DNA of 64,000 bases from Octopus vulgaris (GCA_951406725.2 OX597828.1:14260001-14324000); one strand, 5' to 3'. Shown: positions 13,193 to 27,026, counted from the stretch's first letter. Program-made: numbers and translations. The notes: generated by a model not told the origin, from the letters alone.

Positions 13193-14123
13193 AGGAGAGA
13201 GAGAGAGAGAGAGATAGAAGAAGAGTGAGAGAGAAGAGAAAGAAAAGAGAGAGAGAAGAGAAAGAAAAGAGAGAGAGAGAAGAGAAAGAAAAGAGAGAGA
13301 GAGAAGAGAAAGAAAAGAGAGAGAGAGAAGAGAAAGAAAAGAGAGAGAGAGAAGAGAAAGAAAAGAGAGAGAGAGAAGAGAAAGAAAAGAGAGAGAGAGA
13401 AGAGAAAGAAAAGAGAGAGAGAAGAGAAAGAAAAGAGAGAGAGAAGAGAAAGAAAAGAGAGAGAGAAGAGAAAGAAAGAGAGAGAGAAGAGAAAGAAAAG
13501 AGAGAGAGAAGAGAAAGAAAAGAGAGAGAGAAGAGAAAGAAAAGAGAGAGAGAAGAGAAAGAAAAGAGAGAGAGAAGAGAAAGAAAAGAGAGAGAGAAGA
13601 GAAAGAAAAGAGAGAGAGAAGAGAAAGAAAAGAGAGAGAGAAGAGAAAGAAAAGAGAGAGAGAAGAGAAAGAAAAGAGAGAGAGAAGAGAAAGAAAAGAG
13701 AGAGAGAAGAGAAAGAAAAGAGAGAGAGAAGAGAAAGAAAAGAGAGAGAGAAGAGAAAGAAAAGAGAGAGAGAAGAGAAAGAAAAGAGAGAGAGAAGAGA
13801 AAGAAAAGAGAGAGAGAAGAGAAAGAAAAGAGAGAGAAAAAGAGAAAGAGAGAGGAGATAGAGAGAGAAAGAAGAGAGAGAGAAAAGAGAGAGAGAGAGA
13901 GAAAAGCAAAGAGAGAGAGAAGAGAGAGAAAAGCAAAGAGAGAGAGAAATGTGTAAAAAGAGAGAAATGTGAAAAAAGAGAGAAATGTGAAAAAAGAGAG
14001 AAATGTGAAAAAAGAGAGAAATGTGAAAAAAGAGAGAAATGTGAAAAAAAGAGAGAAATGTGAAAAAAGAGAGAAATGTGAAAAAAGAGACATTAAGAGA
14101 AAGAAAGAGTAAAAAGTGAACAG

Positions 14124-14161
<38 letters not shown>

Positions 14162-14165
14162 AAGT
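13193..14165 (+). repeat. About 1-kb polypurine compound minisatellite
   Basis: Roughly 27 units of GAAGAGAAAGAAAAGAGAGAGA(GA), then about 7 units of AAAAAGAGAGAAATGTGA, bounded by (GA)n. Confidence 0.95.
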
Positions 14166-14410
14166 AGAGAAAAAGAAAAGAAAAAAGAAAACCAACAAGA
14201 AACAAAAATAGTTCAGATACAAACTTAGTCTGCTGCTAGCTTAGGTTTTATTTATTCTGCCCACCCTGAGTCTCACCCCTGGCAGAAATTCCATATAAGG
14301 TAAGATTTCATCTGTCCAGTGTTAAGAAAGCAAAACTTTGCACAGTATTATCCTTAGGTGGTAGTAGCAGCAGAAGGAATTTGATATAGGGGATGAGTTA
14401 TAAAGTAGTT

Positions 14411-14441
14411 GGGGTGGGGGGTTGGGGTGGGGGGTTGGGGG
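14411..14441 (+). other. G-quadruplex-forming motif
   Basis: GGGGTGGGGGGTTGGGGTGGGGGGTTGGGGG: five G-runs with 1-2 nt loops. Confidence 0.7.
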
Positions 14442-15310
14442 TGCCGGTGGCCGGGCAGTGGATTAGATATGAACAGTTTAAGTCCTGTTTTAGATCAATT
14501 TTGACAAGGAATGTACACAGAGGAAAGGAAATATAACTAAAATAAATAAAAATCAATTGCATGAAGTCCACTCCTATTTAAAAGACAGCGGAAAGGAAAT
14601 AAAATTTTATTTGCAAAGAAAAAAAAAACAAAAAAAAAACACGAAAATTAAAAATAAATAAACCAACAACCCACCTTGATATTTAATTAATATAAGTATA
14701 ATTGCTTAATATTAGCTAATATTATAATATAGTGGGTGGTAATATAAGAAAAAAAAGTATTTTGATATCTGTTCTAGCAATTGTGGAAGTATAAAGCATG
14801 ACTGGTTAACTACAATTTGATAATATAAAGAGATATGTGTAAGTTTAAGAAAGGTGTACGTATACACTCTGAATGCACTGAAATGAACCCAAACACAATG
14901 TAAGAGGTTGTGCTTGAGCCATGGATGATGAATTAGCAGTTTTTCAAGCTTTGATGTCAGTTAAGAATGTCGAAACACAGCATTAGAAATGAAAAAGGCC
15001 AGGTTTATAAAGCCTACTAGTCTAAATAAAACTATGTGTGTGTGTGTGTGCACACGCATGTGCACATCATGGTCGAAGTTCACTGTTTAGGAAGGAAGTT
15101 GGTTAGGCCACTTAAGCAGAGCTTTTATCGTTTGTTTCAATCAGGCGCAGAACTTGGCAAGTAGTTCGTCCCCCCCCCCCCCATCACATGGTTCCTGGTT
15201 CAATCCCATTGTACAGGTCCTTGGACAAGGTTGGTTGGTATCTCAGGCCAACCAACCAGCCAACCAACGAAAGCCTTGTGAATAGGATATGGCAGACAGA
15301 AATTGAATCA

Positions 15311-15540
15311 AAGCGGCGATCTGGCAGAATCGTTAGCACACTGGGTGAAATGCTTATTGGTATTTCGTTTGCCATTATGTTCCGAGTTCAAATTCCGCCG
15401 AGGTCGACTTTGCCTTTCATCCTTTTGGGGTCGATAAATTAAGTACCAGTTACACACTGGGGTCAATGTAATCGACTTAATCTGTCTGTCCTTGTTTGGC
15501 CCCTCTATGTTTAGCCCCTTGTGGGCAATTAAGAAATAAG
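15311..15540 (+). mobile_element. SINE family A (tail type 1), nested in an older family-B copy (~15150-15800)
   Basis: Same consensus as 9422-9656; family-B sequence resumes on both sides. Confidence 0.85.
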
Positions 15541-15559
15541 AAATTAAAAAGAAGCCTGT

Positions 15560-15595
<36 letters not shown>

Positions 15596-17958
15596 ACCAT
15601 CACCACCTGACAATCAGTGTTGGTGAGATTACATCCATGTAACTTAGCAGTTCAGCAAAAGAGTGACAGAATAAGTGCTAGGCTTAAAAAAAATAAAAAA
15701 AAGTCCTGGGATGATGGGTGGGGGGTTCAATTTGACTAAAAACCCTTAAAAGGTGGTGCTCCAGCATGGCCACAGTAAAACAGCAGAAACAAAAATAAAA
15801 ATATTCCAATATTTGGTTTCAGATACTGGTAGATATCAAATATTCCATATCTAGGCGCTAAGAAACAAACTGTGACAAGTTTAATAATCTCAGTAAAACA
15901 ACAAACAAAGATTAAACCAAAAGGGGGAACAAACTGCTTGCATTACCCAAAGCCTTGGTTCTTCAAGAAAAAAAAATAAAAAGGACAGAAAAAGAAACAA
16001 AATGGTACATGAACTTTTCAACTCTCAAATTACAAGGAAAGACTGGTAACTATTCCACTAATGCCAAATATGAAGCAGGAACCATCAGAAAATGTGTCAA
16101 AGGGGCTCAGAGTACAGAGAGGAAGTAGAAATATCTAAGAGATTGAGTGTGGGATTTGACTGAACCAGAGACACCTCAGTGGATCTGGAATTTCCTTTTT
16201 ATGTGTGTGAGTGTGTGTGTAACAATCGAAAGTCCATGAGCCACTTGACAGGTTTGGCCATTTTTGAATTCTTTTTTGTTTGAATGATCTGTGCATAGTA
16301 TAGCGCAAAGGACAAAAACGTGAAAAAAAACTTAATATGAATACAATAATGACTATTAGATTAGTCATTTTAGATTGATCTGCCCAGAAGTTGTTATTGT
16401 TATTATTATTATTATTATTATTATTGGTATTTCACCTGGATTTTTGTTCTGAGTTCAAATGCTGCCAGAGTCAACTTTACCTTTCATCCTTTATGGGTCA
16501 ATAAAATAAGTACCAGTTAAGTACTGGGGTTGATGTAATCAACTTACTCACTTCTGAAACATGCTGCCCTTGTGGCAAAATTTGAAACCATTATCATCAT
16601 GGCAGCAATCTAGCAGAATTGTTAGCACGCTTGAGAAAAATGCTTAGGAGCACTTCATCTGTCTTCATGTTCAGAGTTCAAACTCTGCCAAGTTTGACTG
16701 CCTTTCATCATGAAAAGTGAGTGTTTTCGGGGAAGGTACAGTGACAACTCCAGACTTGTTTCTGTCTTCTTGAACCTTATCAGCAAAGCACAGTCTAAGC
16801 AATAAACATATTTGATAAGCATGTCTTGATGTGTTGGACAGTTGTATGGTACTTACTGTATCAATCACTTTTTGCTGAACCACTAGATTACAAGGATGTA
16901 AAGAAAGCAAGGCCAGTTATGAAGAAATAAGAAAGACAGATAACCCACCAGCACCAAATGATGCACAGTTTCTATTCACTAAATTCACTGAAGGCATTAT
17001 TTGACTCAGGGCTATAAAATAAAATATCTAACCAAGGTGGCATGCAATAGGACTTGAACCCAGTACCACATGACTGGAAAGCAAATTTCATAAATGCACA
17101 GCCAGTTTCATACTTAAGAACCTCAACCCTACCCTAACGGTTCAGTTGAATGGAAGGAGCTATGTCCATAGGGTTTGCAAAGCCTCCAAAACATGCGACT
17201 AATGTTCCTCTTGAACAACTATTACAAGCTGAGGGATGCAGGGGAGACATAACAGAAGGAATTCCAGAGGGTGGGGAGCATTCTGAAAAAGAAAGACTAG
17301 GCATTGTACATGCCAATATACTGTGAACTTTAAGGCAGTGAGCTGACAGAATAGTAAGAACAGAAAACAAAACGCTTAATGGCATTTTGTACGATTTTTA
17401 CATTCAGTGTTGAAATCCCATCAGGGTCACCTTGCCTTTATCCTTTTGGAGTTGAGCAATAAGGTCAATGTAATCGACTTAGCCCCTTCCCTGAAACTGC
17501 TGGCCTTGTGCTAAAATTTGAAATGAATGTACTGTGACCTTATAGGTTTTATATCATGTTCATGACAAAAAGGATTGTAATAAAAAGACATAACCATAAA
17601 GAGAGACAGTACTTCAAAGTACCTCATTTTCATTCCCATGTTCCCTCTAGGCCTTGGATAACAAGGTTTTATCAATGAAGAAGAAAAACTGGTTGAACTC
17701 AAAACTAAATGATAAAATAAAACAAAAACAAAAAACCAGGAAAATAACTAAAATGTTCACCTAATAAATTAGGAATAATTACTTCTAAAATTATGTGAAT
17801 AGTAGAAAATTATGGCTACTAAAAAGGAAGATTAAAAATATATGAGTCAGATGAAAAGAAAGTTTCTCACATAGGCATGGAGCCAAATTTGAAGTGGAAC
17901 AGGGAAGGACATGATTGAATTAAACACGAGCAGATGACGTGATGGTGTGTGTGATTTT

Positions 17959-17989
<31 letters not shown>

Positions 17990-18174
17990 AAACGTGTGTA
18001 TATATATGGGGGTGGATGAACAGCAATTGTAACGAGTATAGAAAGATGAAACCCCAGAATTTCATCGTTTCTATCATTCCATCACCACCTTAATAATGAT
18101 AATACTAATTTTAGCACAAGGCCAGGAATTTTGAAAGGAAGGAGGCAAGTGAATTTATTTTGAGTGCAGTACTT

Positions 18175-18402
18175 GGATGGTGGCAGAAATGTTAGCACAC
18201 CGGGCGAAATGCTTTGCGATATTTCGTCTGCCGTTACGTTGTGAGTTCAAATTCCGCCGAGGTCGACTTTGCCTTTCATCCTTTCGGGGTCGATTAAATA
18301 AGTACCAGTTACGCACTGGGGTCGATGTAATCGACTTAATACCTATGTCTGTCCTTGTTTGTCCCCTCTATGTTTAGCCCCTTGTGGGTAATAAAGAAAT
18401 AG
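18175..18402 (+). mobile_element. SINE family A (tail type 1), inserted into an antisense older family-A copy (~18100-18515)
   Basis: Young copy; the flanks are the two halves of a minus-strand family-A element. Confidence 0.85.
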
Positions 18403-18669
18403 GTATTTATTTTATGAACCCCAGAGCGATGAAAGGCAAAGGAGAATTTGAATTCAGAACGTTAAGGAGTCAGAAGAAATGCCATGCGCTAACAATTCCA
18501 CCAGCTTGCTACCTGAATGATAATTCTTTCTAATTCTAGTACAAGGCCAGGAATTTTGAGAGGAGGAAGGTTGTTTGCCAACTTCAATATTTGATGGGTG
18601 CTTATTTTATCTTCCCTGGTGGAATTTGAACTTGGAACACGAGTCAGTAACAATTCTGTCAGCATTCCA

Positions 18670-18992
18670 CATCCGTGCAGGTGGCTTGTAAAAAGCACCA
18701 TTCAAGCGTGATCGTTACCAGCGTCGCCTTACTGGCACTTGTGCTGGTGGCACGTGTAAAAACATTTGAGCGAGGCCGTTGCCAGTAGCACCTGACAGGC
18801 CCTTGTGCCGGCAGCACATAAAAGCACCCGCTACACTCTCGGAGTGGTTGGTGTTAGGAAGGGCATCCAGCAGTAGAAACTCTGCCTGATCAGATTGGAG
18901 CCTGGTGCAGTCATCTGGTTTGCCAGTCCTCAGTCAAACCGTCCAACCCATGCTAGCATGGAAAGCAGACGTTAAACGATGATGATGATAAT
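18670..18992 (+). mobile_element. Retroposon family D (internal GTGCCGGTGGCAC subrepeats, (GAT)n tail)
   Basis: Shares GGTTGGYGTTAGGAAGGGCATCCAGCWGTAGAAAC and GACGTTAAACGATGATGAT with 48455-48795. Partial copies at about 6595, 11545(-), 25125 and 25510(-). Confidence 0.8.
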
Positions 18993-19379
18993 GTACATGT
19001 GACTGAAGCTTTATGGGTAAATGCTACAACCACTTACTGCTTTCAGAATGAAATCAGAATGGCTAGACACATGACATTTATTTTCAGGAAGACGAAAATA
19101 AAAGGGCAAAATAAATTGAAGATTTAGTAAAACTGGCTGAACAGACACAGAAACACACATTCAATGGAAGAATTACATAAATGGGTAGGCATACACAGAG
19201 TGGCTTAAACTTAGTAAAATGAAACACATTCAGGAATAAACCGTTAAGACTACTCGTCCTGCCAACATCAATGAACAAAGCAGATCCAGACCCACCTTGA
19301 ATATACAATACTGGGCAGAAAGGTCAACGAGCGTTTAAGTTGAATAATGAAGTTATAAAAATTCATGTGTAAAATGTTC

Positions 19380-19411
<32 letters not shown>

Positions 19412-19788
19412 GCCTAGCATGTGAATGGCATGTATGGCAGGGTAAATGTAAATTTCAAATCAGTTGCTTTTAAAATTGCTATTTTTACATACATTTGAGG
19501 TTTAGCTTCCCCTCATAAATGCACACGCGCCATTTGATAATGAATGCATCAGAAGTCCTCAATAGTCATATAACACTTAAAGCAGGAACAAGATTAGTTT
19601 TTATAGGAAATGAATTGGTAGGCATTGGCTAAGAAATACACTTTGCAACTATGAAGTCCCAGTTTCAATCCTACTATATGGCACAATGAGCAAATGACTG
19701 CAAGCTCTTTTATCTTTTACTTGTTTCAGTCATTAGACTGAGGCCATGCTGGTGCACCATCTTGAGGAATTTTAATTGAACCAATCCC

Positions 19789-20063
19789 CTGTGCTGTGGA
19801 GTCAGAGTTATGGAGTTGGAGTCAGAGACAATTGAGGGGTAGCTGGAGTCAGAGTCAGTAAAACTATACCAACCGACTCCGACTCACAATGTCTTTATTC
19901 TTTAATATAAACCAGTTATAACATATAGGCCTACTCAATGTACAAGCGTATGCATATGCATTATGAGATATGCAGACCACAATCAATTATATAAAGAGGA
20001 GTCAGAGGTGCCCGTAGTACAGGAATCAGAGTCAAAGTTTTTTGTTTCGATTCCACAGCCCTG
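19789..20063. mobile_element. hAT-like MITE with GGAGTC subterminal repeats, nested in an old family-B SINE
   Basis: Decayed TIRs CTGTGCTGTGGAGTC / GATTCCACAGCCCTG; many GGAGTC/GACTCC hexamers; degenerate 8-bp TSD CCAATCCC / TCAACCAC. Confidence 0.7.
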
Positions 20064-22264
20064 TCAACCACTGTTCTACTTTTTTAAGCCTAGTACTTCT
20101 AATTGGTCTCTTTTGCTGAACAGCTAAGTTACATGGATGTAAACACTCCAACAACAGTTGTCAAGCAGTGGTGGGGTATAAACACACACACACACACACA
20201 CGCAGAAAGTGAGAGAAAGAAATAGCAAGAACTATTATATAAAAACACTGAGCATGTCGAGTAAGCAATTTAAAAAACAAAACAAAAAGTGGATATCATT
20301 TCCAAGATGCTCTGATTAAAATGGTATTGATGCTGCTGCATATTGTAAATTAAGACAATCTAGATAGAACCCAAGTATTATTGGAATTTAACACTTTCCT
20401 CCACTGTCACCAACATAGTTACTCTCTCACCAGAAAGAATGTAATTCATTTCAAACGACAAACTATTTTTGTGGTGCCACTAATGGCACCAAACCAAGAA
20501 ACCTAAATGCAGTAAAATTTTGGTTCGAGTTTCTGTCTGCTATCTTTACCTGTCTTATCACTTTTATGTGGTTGCACAATCTGTCAGAAACAGCAACCAA
20601 ATATCCCTCAAGTCACTATCATTAAAAAGTTAGTCACATTAGAAAATGTAAGGTTTACGTAAAAAGGCAAAATGATTATGGCTAGAACCAGGACCTCGAA
20701 GAAAATCGTGGCAAAGCAAAACGAAACTGTTTTCAAACTCTTTTCCTCTTGAAGTTAAAAGGAGCCTTGAGTTGATTAATCCTTTTTTAAATACCATTCT
20801 GCTTGAGGCTGATCATACTAAAGTGTCCGTACCTTATAACTCAAATAATGTGAAGTTTCTGCTGATCAGTAGCTCTTTTATCCAGAACTCAAATAACCAG
20901 AACTTGTCAAGCAACCAGTACCCAGAAAGAATTTTTGAAAAATGTATTGTGTTGTGCTAATTTGTGTTAATGAAATTGTCAACCCAAAAATGTCTTTCCT
21001 TGTAATGACAGACACACTCTTGTTTTCCCATCCTTGACTCAGAACACCAAGGATATGACAACAGGAGAGAGAGGTGGGGGACTGCATCAGCATTCACTTG
21101 GTAGCTTGCAAGATATGTTTTGGAGCTTTGCAGTTGAGCAGACAGAAGTGAAAGGAAACAAAATTTCTTGTACCAGGGCCCAGTGTACGGCCCAGTTTGA
21201 GAAATGAACTTGCTACCTTATGCCGCACCCATGCATACATACGACAGTGGAATTTCTTGAATGCAATGCATGCCTAAGATATATAAATGAATGCAGCTAA
21301 CATATCAGATTTTTATATAAATCTTACATTTTTATGAGAGACAGCTGGAAAGATGGTACACACAAGCTATATGTACCTTCTTTCAAATATATGGTTTTAA
21401 TCTTTAGCATTAACATTCTGTGGCTTTAAGTACAAAGAGTTGGCCCTGATATTTCGTGTGTGTGTGTGTTGAGGGGGGAAATGTATAGAAGTGATTCAAG
21501 TAGAAGTTAACAGTTTCACTATTATGAATAAGTACTTGAGAAAGAAAACGAACAAGAAAGAAATGTCTAGCATAGGTGTGGTCAGTTTTTAGATTACAGC
21601 ACAACCTTAAACAATTTCAGTGAATATAATTGCCAGCATAGACAGCGCACACAAAGACGTACTTAAACACCTACACAAGTACACCTACACACAAAATTAT
21701 AATGATGTTTCTGGGTTTCATAAGAAAGCAAAATAAAATATATAACAAAAAAAAAAAAAAAGTGAGAGAAGCAATGAACATTCTGAAGTTTAAAACTTGA
21801 AAGAATAACTTTCTTTTAGCTGTGTTGACATTCATCTCTCTTGGCACTGGTATGGGTGGAAGAAAATGTTTTGCTAGTGCAATTGTGCATATTGTTTTGA
21901 CAGCTGTTTGACCGTCCTACTACAAATCATTTTGTTGAGAGACATAATCAGAACTTGTCTGTCAGAAAAGTAAAACTGAGGCAGTGTTGTTGCTAGTGCT
22001 TAGATCTATAATCAAAAAAGAATTCCACCCATGGAAATACCTTTAAGGGTATGCAGTATATGAGCTAAACATATCTTGCAAGCTATATTGCAGTCCACTC
22101 ATCCAAAAGGTCAGTGACTGAGTAAGAATGGTAACAATATAGAGGGGAGGGTGTCTCTTTTGTCTGGCCTGCACTGGACATATAACATCTAATGCTAGGG
22201 TTACAAATAAAATGTACCCATTCATAAATACAATACACACAAAAAAATTTTTTAATGGAATGTC

Positions 22265-22641
22265 GGAGTAGCTGTGTGGTAAGTAGCTTGCTTACGAACC
22301 ACATGGTTCCGGGTTCAGTCCCACTGCGTGACACCTTGGGCTAGTGTAGCCTCAGGCCGACCAAAGCCTTTTGAGTGGATTTGGTAGACAGAAACTGAAA
22401 TAAGCCCGTCGTATTTATGTATATGTATGTATATGTTTGTGTTTTTGTGTTTGTCCCAACCAACATTGCTTGACAACCAATGCTGGTGTGCTTACGTCCA
22501 CGTAACTTAGCGGCTCGGCAAAAGTGACTGATAGAATAAGTAGTAGGCTTACAAAGAATAAGTCCTGGGATCGATTTGCTCGACTAAAGGCGGTGCTCCA
22601 GCATGGCCGCAGTCAAATGATTGAAACAAGTAAAAGAGTAA
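22265..22641 (+). mobile_element. tRNA-derived SINE family B (CORE-like segment, internal TA/TG microsatellite)
   Basis: A box GCTGTGTGGTAAG; TTACGAA anticodon-like loop (Arg); B box GGGTTCAGTCCC; CORE-like CACCTTGGGC; 3' hairpin CAGTCAAATGA(C/T)TG; (GTAAAAGA)n tail. Confidence 0.85.
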
Positions 22642-23625
22642 GCCATGGACTCTGCAAGCTACATTGCAGGCCAACAATCTAAGAGGGCAGTAACTCCAAA
22701 TAAGAACCAGCAGACTGCGACAACCATCCAACCCATGGCAGCATAGAAGAATGAATGAATATGGTAACGCATCGTATAAGATGTTCTTTAAGAATGTAGG
22801 ATGTGACGAGAGAAAATTGGCTGCTATTTCACAAGAAGGTAGTTCACATAAAAGTGCTAAAGTTTTCAAAACCACAAGGAACTGAGATTCAAGATTGTGA
22901 ATATTACAGGTCCCTGAAGGACTAAGGCTCCCTTAACTGTTTTACAAAGCTATTGAAATCTGTCTTTGAAATAGAATGGTTTTAAAGATATGTCAATAGT
23001 TTGGTTTTACATTACATAAGAATAATCAAGCACATAACAGGAAAAAATATCAGAAAGCCATTTATTTACAGGAAGTAATACCATAGATCAAGTCTCAGAG
23101 CCCCAAAGTTTGGTGCTCATTCCCATGGGGTGGAGGCAGAGCTGTTTTAAGGTATAGGTTCACTGGGCAGTTATCCAGAAGCCTCTCAGATCTAGAGAGG
23201 ACCAATTCTGATCTGTATGCTGTGATTTACTGTCAATAAATAAAGCCCAATGCATTGATTTGCCTGGGGGCCTATAAAGCTAAGATGGCCTCAGACGGAA
23301 GGATATCCTCACTAGTTGAGAATTTTGCCATAAAGGTTCTTTTATTAACTCATGCAAATGGCAAGTATGTGATGTATGATATACCCTACTAGGTCTCTGG
23401 CTGGAATCACCTAACACCATTTACTTGGCTCATGCTAAAAAAATAAATAAAAACTAATTTTCCTTGGTCTCCAAAATAGTGCTGGTTTGTACAGTAAAAA
23501 ATAGTATAAACATATTAACATAAGTGGTAGTATATTATAAAATTTCTAGCTGATTACAAAGTTATTTGGATTTGATAGGAAGCAGATGATAAAATGAAAG
23601 ATGAATTAATATTTTCTGTACGTAC

Positions 23626-23661
<36 letters not shown>

Positions 23662-26600
23662 TATCCACATGAGGGATATATTAAATAGTCCATATTTTTT
23701 GCATAAAAAAAAACATGGAAGCCAAAAGGAATGTTTCTAAACCAGTTTCTTAAAGCTAGCTAATATATACTAAATACTAGCAAGAATTTAGAGTTTCCAA
23801 AATGTCGAAAATATCAAATACCACAGAAGTATTGCAAATATATATATATATAATAAATTACATCAAATCAAATTTCAGGGAAAAGGCAGAAAAAAAAGCA
23901 AAAATAAAAGAACTATAAAATATATATTTACATATTTTTTTATACAATATTTAGTATTTTGATGTTTGTTTGGTATATATTTTAAATAGGATTAAAATTT
24001 ATAGCCACAGAAGTATTAGCAATCAAAGAAGAAAAATAATTAAATTAAAACAAAACTTCAGTACATGATTTTCCATCCAGCCCCTGGGAGCAAGGAAAAA
24101 CAGTCGAAATGATGACAATATGGCTGTCTCGGCTTTAAAGCGATTACACACCCTGCTGACATACTGCTACCACCTCCATGCAAACTCACAGTCAATGACC
24201 AGCCAAACTCATTCATAGTCTCAACACAAGAAGACTGCTTTTTCAATAATCTAAGAATCTTTTTTTTTTTTTTTACAGTATACAAACAGAAGCCTTATCC
24301 CGCTCAACACATACTTGTCTTTATTGGAGCATGCGATCAGGAGTTCTCTGTACATAGACAAAAAATATGTGTTGATCATGGCTCGCATAACCTTGCTAAT
24401 AGGTTTGCTCAATCAGTACTAACACAAGACAAAAGCTATATCTATACTGACCCTTGTCAAAGCTGCTAACAAGGGGGACCTCAATGTGGACACTTGAAAT
24501 GGCTGGAAATAATAACCAAATATCAGAAGAAAAAAATCTAGGTCTATAAAGAGACCGATATACTAAGTAAATACCAGACTTAAAAATGAGTGCTGGTGTA
24601 AATTTGTTTGACTCAAGACTACAAGGCGTTGCCCCAATATGGACATTAGTTCAACAACTGAAATATGATAATGTTAGAGATAAAAGATACTACTTATACG
24701 AGATTCACTGGACTGTCAACTCAATCAGAGCTGAACTTAGATTAAGTTCTGAGGATGAAGGAAAAAAAAAAAAAAAAAAGCCCAAAATATTTCCCAATAC
24801 CTGTTAGTCAAAGATTGCTATCACAAATCAATGATGAGTGTCCAGCTCTATTGGAGTCAAACACTTCCAGCTCACAGGATTTACAAGTTAAGCTATCTAT
24901 GCTAACAGCTGTTACAATTAAGACAACCATCAGAAAGTATACTAAAAAACAAAATTTCAAAAAAACAAAGAATTTATCAAAACACCAAGTAAATCATTAG
25001 CAAGATTTTTACACTTTATGAACCCCCAAAATGGATTAATTAGTATAGAATTAATTTCTTAACTCAAAAGGAGTCAGAATTTTTTTTTTTAAGGTTGAAA
25101 ATTTAATGCTAAATATAGAAGATTGCTGATGGTGCCACATAAAAAGTACCCAGTACGCTCTGCATAATGGTTGACATCAGGAAGTGTGTCCAGCTGTAGA
25201 AACTATGCCAAAACAGATTATGGAACCTGATGCAGCCCCTGGCTTTGCCAGTTCCTGTCAAGGTGTCCAAACCCATGCAAGAATGGAAAATGGACATAAA
25301 ATGATAATTAGATACGGGTACAGGCATTTCTATATGGAAGTATGAATGGGTGGTTTATTTCACAACCAAGTAGTTTGGGGTTTGGTCCCACTGTGTGGAA
25401 TCTTGTCAAGTCTCTTCTTAATGACCCCAGGTTGATTAATCCCTTGAGGGAAATTTGGTCAATGGAAACTGTACAGAAGCCTTTTATATATCATATCTTT
25501 TACTTGTTTGACTCATTTTCCATGCTGGCCACAGAGCTGCACCAGGCTCCAATATCAGCTTTGGCATAGTTTCTACAGCTTGATGCCCTTCCTAATGCCA
25601 TCCACTTTACAGTGGATAAAAATTAAAAGCATGATATTTTAAAAATAAAGCTTTTAGGCTTACTGTCTTAGTTTTCTTAGACACAGAAAACAAAAACAAT
25701 GACACTTGGGGAAGTTACCTACGACAGACTAGGATTCTATCCTGGAGAGAATTCAGCTTCTGTCTACTTACCCCCAAGATCATTTCTGGTTCTATAGTAC
25801 GAACTTCCTCTTTAAAAAAAAAGACAAATTAAAATTTTCCATCAAGAGTCTGTGTTAATTTATATTCCAAAACACCAGTTTAATTGTGATTTATTTTACT
25901 AAATTCTTTATTACATTCAAAATTGATCGAAATAAAAGCAATGTGTTCCAACAGAAATAAGGTAACAAAAGAGTTAATAGAACTAAGAACTAAGCAACAG
26001 CTTTGTAGTAACTCTCTAGATATAAGAGACATTATTATTGCTATCATTAAGGTGAAGATTTGGCAAAATTGTTAGCACCCCAGATAAACTGCTTAGTGGA
26101 ATTTAGGCTGTCTTTACACTCTGAGTTCATATTCTGCCAAGGTGGACTTTGCCTTTCAGAATTGATAAAATAAGTACCAGCTGAGCACTAAGGTTGATCT
26201 AATTAACTTATCCCCTCCTCCGAATTTGCTGGCTTTATGCGAAAATTTAAAACCATTAGTATTATTATTATTGTTGTTTCAAAGACTAAAATATTAGGAA
26301 ACTAGTTCTCCACTCTGAACTCTTAAAAGACTCTCCAATTCAACAACTAGGATTGGTTGGAATGTATTTCAGAAATTAAGACAATTCCCATACTATCATC
26401 AAATACGTAACAGACAATTACTTGGTTGTGCCTGCCTTGCTCAGCAAGTGTCAATCTCCTGAAAGACGTCACTCAACACCTCCAAATAAAGTTACACAAT
26501 TCAGCTCTAAATACAGTTGTTCAAAGCCATACTGTATACTTAGATAAGATACAATTTTCATTAATTTTCCACACATTGCTTACATCCTAATTATAGTTCG

Positions 26601-26986
26601 TTTTCGGTTTTTGTTTTGTCTGTTTTTAACCTTAGGATATCTCCATGTGGTCTATGATTAAAAGCATTTGAGCCATAATCACTTATTCAGATAAATATCA
26701 AAGATCATACTAACCAATGTATCTTACCATCTTTTAAGACTGTGGGGTTTGATAGGAGAGGATTTGACTGACAGTTCAAGCATAGGTCAAGATGATATTA
26801 GTAATGTAGCAACAAAGCCTCATATTTAAAAGATGTGAAGAATGAGATATCTATTTGCTTCCTTCCATGAAGCCTCAACTCTTGATGTAATCATAGGGGA
26901 ACCATCATTTCATACATATCTTAGGGATATAAACCTGGCTAACAATCTCTCTCTGCTGATTTCCCTCTCTCTCTCTCTCTCTGAGG

Positions 26987-27026
<40 letters not shown>

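Noticed and set aside
13036-14222. Long ORFs (306, 344, 253, 344 aa) rich in R/E/K or S/L/F
   Set aside because: Translations of a purine minisatellite that cannot contain stop codons; no splice signals or domain content.
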